Shown: positions 24,973 through 30,610 of the stretch, piece after piece
How positions within the stretch are numbered: position 1 is the first letter of the stretch
Layout: the number at the start of each line of letters is the position of its first letter
From: Bacteroidota bacterium
Lineage (GTDB): Bacteria > Bacteroidota > Bacteroidia > Cytophagales > ES-bin-26
Direction: 5' to 3'
Length of the DNA: 30,610 nucleotides
Assembly: GCA_040385915.1 (NCBI GenBank)
Contig: JAZKGK010000153.1
Coordinates: forward strand, 12,466-43,075
Notes under the pieces: model-generated
Databases searched by the model: none
What the model was told of the DNA's origin: nothing
What the model saw: only the letters and a program-made list of their open reading frames with translations
Program-made: the position numbers and the translations under genes

Positions 24973-27900
24973 TTGCATCTCCTCCCCAACATGACTGAAA
25001 CCACTCCCAATACACCCCAGCTCGAAGCGGGCACGTACGAAATCATTCGGAAGCGGCTCGACAACCACGGCAAAGACCTGCGCGAACGGCTGGACAATCT
25101 GAACCACGCCCGGAAAGACGTGTTCGGTGCCATTGATACCCAGCTGATTGCGAACAATCGCATTGCTACCGAAAATAATTGCATTCCCCGCGATATGATT
25201 CCAGTGGGGAGCCAGTTCATTTTCGGCTACAACGTGCATTTGGGACTAAAATCGGAAGTGGAATTATCGGACGTGTTCAGCGTGTACGAATACGATTCCC
25301 GCGATCATTCCTTCCATCAAAAGCCGCTGGATCTGATCAAAAATGCCGAATTCGAGACGCTGATCAAAGAACTGTACAAATATTATAAATACGCTGCTTT
25401 CCTCAAATTCACTATTATGGGGCCGCACTTGTTTATGGTATTCCAGATTGGCAAGAGCGCAAAAGATATTAAGACGTTCAAATGGCTGATTAAAGAAGAT
25501 AAAAATGCAGCGGCAGGGCAACCTTCCGATAGCTTGCATTACCTCGATAACCGCAGCGACCAGGAATTTAAATTTCCGCCTCAGCACGAGTTTGAGTGGA
25601 AACGAACCCGGCGCGATTACCAACGCACCGGCAAGCACCCCCACATTTCCATTGAAGACAAGATTTTCGTCGAAACCATTGGCGGTGACCTCACCATCAA
25701 AATAGAAGACAATACCGATACGGGCGAAGGGATTTATGCCGAAAAAGTGGAGCAGGCGGAGCAAACGCTCGACGATGCCGAATTTCACTACGCCAATCTC
25801 GGTCATCTTATTTTACTCAAAGTCAGGCCGTATCAGGAGAACAAGAATCGCTACATTATTTATAACGACAAGCTCAAGAAGGCCGTCCGTGTAGATGCGA
25901 TCAAAGATGCCTGCGTATTATTGCCTGACAGCCAGGGCTTGATCTTCTCGAATGGCTACTACCTGCAATCGGGCGAGTTGAAACAGTTTGATGGACTGAC
26001 CAGCGGCACCACGGCATCGACCGCACCACTGGAAAATATGCTGTTTGAAAAGCGCATTATTTCGCCCAATGGAGAGGATTTCCTATACGTGTTTTACAAT
26101 GAAGAAGCGGGCATTTATGTCCTGCTGTCTTATAACCTGATTGAGCAAAAAGTAGAAACGCCCATCGTTTGTAATGGCTTTTCTTTATTTGATAGTGGCG
26201 AACTGGTGTATTTCAAAAGCTCCAACGAGCCGACCAAAAACCACGCCCTGCAAATCTGGCAAACGCCTTACGTTAGTGCTGATTATCAGTCGCCCGTAGA
26301 GCAAAAAAGCTACCTGTACAAGGTTGGCAACAAGGATATTGTACGCGCGATGGCCGAGTGTACAGAAATGGTGAACCTCATTCAGCGTGAAGACGTGTAC
26401 AGCACGCTTTACATGGATCTGGTCAAGAAAACCAATAACATTCTTGATGCTTATTACTGGCTAAACCAAAGCGAAGCCTTCCAGCTCAACCTGCCATTGG
26501 GCGAAATCCGGGCAGCGGCTACCGGCGCTATTGACGAATTTGAGAAGGTAACGAAGGTCAGAAAGAATACCCAGCAGCAAACGGACATCACCGCCAAGAA
26601 GGTGAAGGATTTGCGGGAAAGCGCCAAGAAGGCAGTATTTGAGAATGTTGATCAATACGTTCATTTGCTGGCTAACCTTCGTAGCATGCGCGGCGAAACG
26701 ATCTCGCTCAAAGACCTGCGCTACGCAGATGTACCATTCATTGAAGCGCTCGAAAAATCGTTGGAAGAACAAAGCCAGCTTACTTCCGAAGCTTGCGTCA
26801 GCTATCTGTTGCAGGAAAACTCGCTGGATTTTTACCGCAACAAAGTAGAAACCCAACGGCAGGCAATTGAGACAGTACAAAAAGTGGCCGATGCCACCAT
26901 CATCGAAAAGGACACAGATGCGGCAGGCAAAGAACTGGATTTGCTGATTGAGATTGTCAGCAACCTAAAAATTGCCGATTCCACCCAAACTACGCGCATC
27001 ATCGACAATATTTCGGTTGTGTATGCCAGCCTGAATCAGGTGAAAGCGGGTTTAAAAACGAGGAAAAAGGAACTGTCGAGTGTAGAAGCGGTGGCTGAGT
27101 TTAATGCCCAGGTAAAACTGCTGAGCCAGGCTTTAATCAACTACCTCGACGTATGCGAAACGCCACAAACCTGCGACGAATACCTGACCAAACTAATGGT
27201 TCAGGTAGAAGAACTGGAGGGCAAGTTTGTTGATTTTGATGAATTTACCGAAAAGCTGGCCGATAAACGCGAGGAAATCTACAGCGCTTTCGAAGCCAAA
27301 AAGCTGGCGCTGACCGAAGCCCGCAATAAAAAAGCGACGGGTTTAATGTCGGCTGCCGAACGTATCCTGAAAGGCATTCAGAACCGAGTAGCCAACTTCA
27401 AGACCATCAACGAGATCAATGGCTATTTTGCTGCGGATATGATGATCGAGAAGATTCGCGACTTGGTCAGCCAGCTCGTGGCCATGGATGATACTGTGAA
27501 GGCTGACGATATCCAGAGCCGACTGAAAACCATTCGGGAAGACACCGTGCGGCAGTTAAAAGACCGCCAGGAGTTGTTTGTAGATGGGCAAAACATCATC
27601 CGCCTGGGCAAGCATGCCTTCACAGTCAACGTCCAAAACCTGGATTTGACTATTGTAAATAAGGAAAAGGAGATGTTTTACCACCTCACTGGCACCAATT
27701 TTTTCGAAGTCATTTCCGATCCCGCTTTCCTGGCTACCCGCGAGGTTTGGACCCAGGAACTGGTTTCTGAAAATGGCCAGGTGTACCGCGCCGAATATTT
27801 GGCCTACAAAATTTACCAGGAAACACAAACCCAGCTCCTGGCTCCGGGCATTGTGCATACAGATTTGTTGGCCCACGTACAGCAATTTATGGCCTCGCGC

Positions 27901-29943
27901 TATACTGAAGGCTATGTGAAGGGAATTCACGACCACGACGCCTCCCAGATTCTGCAAGCATTACTCGAACTGCACCAGCAAATCGACTTATTACGCTACG
28001 AGCCAACGGTTCGAACCTGCGCTGCTCTTTATTGGAATCACATCATTGGAGCGGAAGCCAAGGAAAATTTACACCATCGATTGAAAGGCATTGGCATTAT
28101 CCGACAGGCATTTCCCGATACCAAAAGCTTTAGCGATGTATTAGCCGATATCCGCGCTGGCATCGACAATTTTTTGAAAAATACGACACTATTTGATTCA
28201 GCTCTGGCCTCGTATGCCAGCACTTACCTTTTCGAAGAACTGACCAGAGGCGATATTTTCGTCATTAGTCGCTCGGCTGAAACCATTTACCAAGCTTTTC
28301 TGGACTATCTGAAGCAGAATAAACTTCGTGATTTATTCGATTCTTCGCTGGATAAACTGAAGGAAAAACCGCTGGAACGTTTTGAAATGACCCGTCATTG
28401 GGTGAAAGCATTTATCAATCAATCAAAGCAAGACGGAGAAGCCACGTACATACATGAAGCGGCCTTGCTGCTTTTTGAAGGCAATTTCACTCCTCAACGC
28501 GTGGTACAAGCCACTACCCACCGCGAACTGAGCGTCATGTACGGCAGCCACTCAGTCATCGAAAACAAAACCTATCGGTTGGATTACAATGCTTTTGTAC
28601 GGAAAATGGATAGCTTCGATCAAACGGTTGTACCTCGCTATGAGCAATACGTAGCCCTGAAAAAGAGTCTGGCCGAAGCCTTCCGTATTCAGCTCCGCCT
28701 CGACGAATTCAAGCCCCGCGTATTGACTTCGTTCGTTCGTAATAAACTGGTAGACCAACTGTACTTGCCGCTGGTGGGCGATAACCTAGCCAAGCAAATT
28801 GGCGTGGCTGGCGAAGGGAAACGCACCGATTTGATGGGAATGCTGTTGCTGGTTTCGCCGCCGGGTTATGGTAAAACGACCTTGATGGAATACGTAGCCA
28901 ATCGCCTGGGCCTTATTTTCATGAAGATCAATGGCCCGGCCATCGGTCACCGCGTCACTTCGCTCGACCCGGCAGAAGCACCTAATGCCAGCGCTCGAGA
29001 AGAGCTGAACAAACTGAATCTAGCCTTCGAAATGGGCGACAACGTAATGATTTACGTGGATGATATTCAGCACTGTAACCCGGAATTTTTGCAAAAATTC
29101 ATCTCCCTCTGCGATGGGCAACGCAAGATCGAAGGCGTTTATCAGGGCAAAAGCAAGACGTACGACTTACGAGGCAAGAAAGTCTGCGTGGTCATGGCCG
29201 GAAATCCTTATACCGAAAGCGGCGACAAATTCCAGATTCCCGACATGCTCGCCAACCGGGCCGACACGTATAACTTAGGCGATATCATTGGCGACACGGA
29301 AGAAATCTTCAAACTGAGCTACGTGGAGAACTGCCTGACAGCCAACCCGACCTTGAACACGCTGGCAACCCGAAGCCAAAAAGATGTGTATGCACTCGTT
29401 CATCTCGCCGAAAATGGTAGCCGCGAAGGGCTGGAATTTGAGGCCAATTATTCGGCGGAAGAACTCAACGAATACGTCACTGTGTTGAAAAAGCTCATGG
29501 TCGTCCGCGATGTGATTCTGCGCAACAACCTGGAATACATCCGTTCGGCTGCCCAAAGCGACGAATTCCGAACCGAACCGCCTTTCAAGTTGCAAGGCTC
29601 TTACCGCAACATGAATAAGATTGCCGCCCGCGTGGTGCCCATTATGAACGACGCTGAACTGCAAACGCTCATGGTATCGCATTACGAAAACGAAGCCCAA
29701 ACACTAACAACCGGCGCAGAAGCCAACCTGCTCAAATTCAAGGATATTCAGACCCTGCTATCGGAGCCGGAACGCCAACGCTGGGATGAAATCAAAGCTA
29801 CTTTCCGCAAAAACCAGCGCTTCAAAGGCCTCGGCAGTACCGACCAGATGGGACAAATCCTCATGCAGCTCTCCTCCTTCGGCGACGGCCTGAATTCAAT
29901 CAAGGACGTTATTGCGGAGGGACTGAAGAATGGGAAGAAGTAG
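24973..29943 (+). CDS. Giant (1656-aa) protein with C-terminal MoxR/AAA_5-type AAA+ ATPase domain and ~1200-aa helical/coiled-coil N-terminal region of unknown function
   Basis: - Walker A: LLLVSPPGYGKTTLMEY (nt 28858..28881 encode PPGYGKTT).
- Walker B: NVMIYVDDIQH.
- Sensor/Arg-finger region: VVMAGNPYTESGDKFQIPDMLANRADTYNL, resembling MoxR 'ATQNP…LPEAQLDRF'.
- Upstream ~1200 aa: no recognisable domain, many predicted coiled-coil stretches.
- Start may be the internal Met at 24991 (MTETTPNT). Confidence 0.7.
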   Translation: MHLLPNMTETTPNTPQLEAGTYEIIRKRLDNHGKDLRERLDNLNHARKDVFGAIDTQLIANNRIATENNCIPRDMIPVGSQFIFGYNVHLGLKSEVELSDVFSVYEYDSRDHSFHQKPLDLIKNAEFETLIKELYKYYKYAAFLKFTIMGPHLFMVFQIGKSAKDIKTFKWLIKEDKNAAAGQPSDSLHYLDNRSDQEFKFPPQHEFEWKRTRRDYQRTGKHPHISIEDKIFVETIGGDLTIKIEDNTDTGEGIYAEKVEQAEQTLDDAEFHYANLGHLILLKVRPYQENKNRYIIYNDKLKKAVRVDAIKDACVLLPDSQGLIFSNGYYLQSGELKQFDGLTSGTTASTAPLENMLFEKRIISPNGEDFLYVFYNEEAGIYVLLSYNLIEQKVETPIVCNGFSLFDSGELVYFKSSNEPTKNHALQIWQTPYVSADYQSPVEQKSYLYKVGNKDIVRAMAECTEMVNLIQREDVYSTLYMDLVKKTNNILDAYYWLNQSEAFQLNLPLGEIRAAATGAIDEFEKVTKVRKNTQQQTDITAKKVKDLRESAKKAVFENVDQYVHLLANLRSMRGETISLKDLRYADVPFIEALEKSLEEQSQLTSEACVSYLLQENSLDFYRNKVETQRQAIETVQKVADATIIEKDTDAAGKELDLLIEIVSNLKIADSTQTTRIIDNISVVYASLNQVKAGLKTRKKELSSVEAVAEFNAQVKLLSQALINYLDVCETPQTCDEYLTKLMVQVEELEGKFVDFDEFTEKLADKREEIYSAFEAKKLALTEARNKKATGLMSAAERILKGIQNRVANFKTINEINGYFAADMMIEKIRDLVSQLVAMDDTVKADDIQSRLKTIREDTVRQLKDRQELFVDGQNIIRLGKHAFTVNVQNLDLTIVNKEKEMFYHLTGTNFFEVISDPAFLATREVWTQELVSENGQVYRAEYLAYKIYQETQTQLLAPGIVHTDLLAHVQQFMASRYTEGYVKGIHDHDASQILQALLELHQQIDLLRYEPTVRTCAALYWNHIIGAEAKENLHHRLKGIGIIRQAFPDTKSFSDVLADIRAGIDNFLKNTTLFDSALASYASTYLFEELTRGDIFVISRSAETIYQAFLDYLKQNKLRDLFDSSLDKLKEKPLERFEMTRHWVKAFINQSKQDGEATYIHEAALLLFEGNFTPQRVVQATTHRELSVMYGSHSVIENKTYRLDYNAFVRKMDSFDQTVVPRYEQYVALKKSLAEAFRIQLRLDEFKPRVLTSFVRNKLVDQLYLPLVGDNLAKQIGVAGEGKRTDLMGMLLLVSPPGYGKTTLMEYVANRLGLIFMKINGPAIGHRVTSLDPAEAPNASAREELNKLNLAFEMGDNVMIYVDDIQHCNPEFLQKFISLCDGQRKIEGVYQGKSKTYDLRGKKVCVVMAGNPYTESGDKFQIPDMLANRADTYNLGDIIGDTEEIFKLSYVENCLTANPTLNTLATRSQKDVYALVHLAENGSREGLEFEANYSAEELNEYVTVLKKLMVVRDVILRNNLEYIRSAAQSDEFRTEPPFKLQGSYRNMNKIAARVVPIMNDAELQTLMVSHYENEAQTLTTGAEANLLKFKDIQTLLSEPERQRWDEIKATFRKNQRFKGLGSTDQMGQILMQLSSFGDGLNSIKDVIAEGLKNGKK

Positions 29944-29996
29944 GTTGATGGGGTGATATGCTGATGCGATAATGTGCTGATGAGAAAGCCGTGCAA

Positions 29997-30024
29997 GCCG
30001 TTGTTGGTGGAAAACAACAACGGC
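29997..30024 (+). terminator. Hairpin downstream of the giant gene (10-bp perfect stem gccgttgttg / caacaacggc, 8-nt loop)
   Basis: Located 54 nt after the stop codon. Followed by tggaagaataaaaatt, which is not a clean U-tract. Preceded by the direct repeat atgctgatg…gtgctgatg. Confidence 0.4.
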
Positions 30025-30064
30025 TGGAAGAATAAAAATTACTCTGTCTAAACGGCCTATAAAA

Positions 30065-30355
30065 TTGACTCGTCGTAGATTACTTACTGAGTTATTATAC
30101 TCAACTCTGTTATCAATTGTTATTTTTAGCTTGATCAGCTTTTTAAGCTACATATTTACCTTAGAAATCTGGACTACTCCACCTGGCCACTCATTTAAAA
30201 TTGGCTTTCCTTGGCCTTTTTATTATCAAATGTTAGTAGAGAAAGATGTACAACATGGGTCTAACATATTAAATTTCCTCTTGGACATTGTACTTACTTG
30301 GGCAACAACAGTAATAAGTTGGCTTATTATAAAAAGGACCAAGGGCAGGAAATAA
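30065..30355 (+). CDS. Small hypothetical membrane protein (AT-rich ORFan, 2 TM)
   Basis: 96 aa with two strongly hydrophobic segments (LLSIVIFSLISFLSYIF; LLDIVLTWATTVISWLII). Low GC. Immediately followed by copies of the palindromic repeat family. Confidence 0.4.
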   Translation: MTRRRLLTELLYSTLLSIVIFSLISFLSYIFTLEIWTTPPGHSFKIGFPWPFYYQMLVEKDVQHGSNILNFLLDIVLTWATTVISWLIIKRTKGRK

Positions 30356-30360
30356 AGTCC

Positions 30361-30560
30361 CTGGCTGGTATTAGCGTCCGCTAATACCCTAAACTATTGA
30401 GCATCCGCTCAAATTACTACCAACCAATTATAGACATGCAGCCGATTATCCAGATGTCCAAAATAGGATGGTTGATGGGTATTTATCGGGTACATTCAGG
30501 CATTCAAGCGGATGCTTGATTAATCTTGGGTCTTAGCGGACGCTAAGACCAGACAGAGGC
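30361..30560. repeat. Cluster of palindromic repeat-family units, including an inverted, diverged copy (30461..30549) of the ~112-bp element seen at 3997..4109 and 5642..5752
   Basis: - ggtattagcg-tc-cgctaatacc (30367..30388).
- ttgagc-atcc-gctcaa (30397..30412).
- caagc-ggat-gcttg (30505..30518).
- ggtcttagcg-ga-cgctaagacc (30529..30550).
- taggatggttgat… aligns with the reverse complement of …atcaaccatcctac… in copies A and B. Confidence 0.7.
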
Positions 30561-30610
30561 TTACCGAAACGAAAAACTGGCCACAGGGCTACAGTTGTCT
30601 TTTACATATG

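Noticed and set aside
24693-25806. Minus-strand ORFs 24693..25220 and 25264..25806 overlapping the flotillin 3' end and the giant-gene 5' region
   Set aside because: They are antisense to strongly supported CDSs, with no start context or motifs. The first also spans the GC-rich palindromic intergenic element, which inflates an open frame.
1-30610. tRNA/rRNA genes
   Set aside because: No intergenic segment shows a tRNA-like acceptor/T-arm (GTTCGAATC-type) signature or rRNA-like conservation. Intergenic regions are occupied by hairpins and repeats instead.

Overview
This 30.6-kb window looks like a chromosomal segment from a Bacteroidota (Cytophagia-like) genome. Gene content, the absence of Shine-Dalgarno sequences and AT-rich intergenic regions support that placement.

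Gene blocks, left to right:
- 5..2900 (-): a sugar-catabolic trio (TIM-barrel sugar-phosphate isomerase/epimerase, Gfo/Idh/MocA oxidoreductase, PhyH-family dioxygenase), with a divergent AraC regulator at 3057..3902 (+).
- 3997..5752: a strongly AT-rich islet holding two ORFan lipoprotein genes. It is bounded by ~112-bp direct repeats and carries a MITE-like nested palindromic element. The same repeat family reappears at the window end, after 30360.
- 5995..10110 (+): a 1372-aa hybrid two-component sensor (beta-propeller/Y_Y_Y sensor, HisKA, HATPase, REC, AraC output).
- 10186..15613: three cytoplasmic GH1-like paralogs plus one GH5-like hydrolase.
- 15943..16473 (-): cvpA.
- 16564..21429 (-): a branched-chain amino acid biosynthesis operon, ilvD-ilvB-ilvM-ilvC. 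Upstream of it lies a 21-codon Leu/Ile/Val-rich leader ORF and a terminator hairpin, which together look like a classical attenuator.
- 21961..29943 (+): a three-gene module of an NfeD/YqiJ-like membrane OB-fold protein, a 717-aa flotillin (SPFH) protein and a 1656-aa protein with a C-terminal MoxR/AAA_5-type ATPase. Long perfect hairpins separate its genes.
- 30065..30355 (+): a small AT-rich membrane-protein gene, followed by further copies of the palindromic repeat family.

The most novel-looking items are the NfeD-flotillin-giant-ATPase module and the repeat family of structured palindromes associated with AT-rich ORFan genes. No rRNA, tRNA or CRISPR was found.
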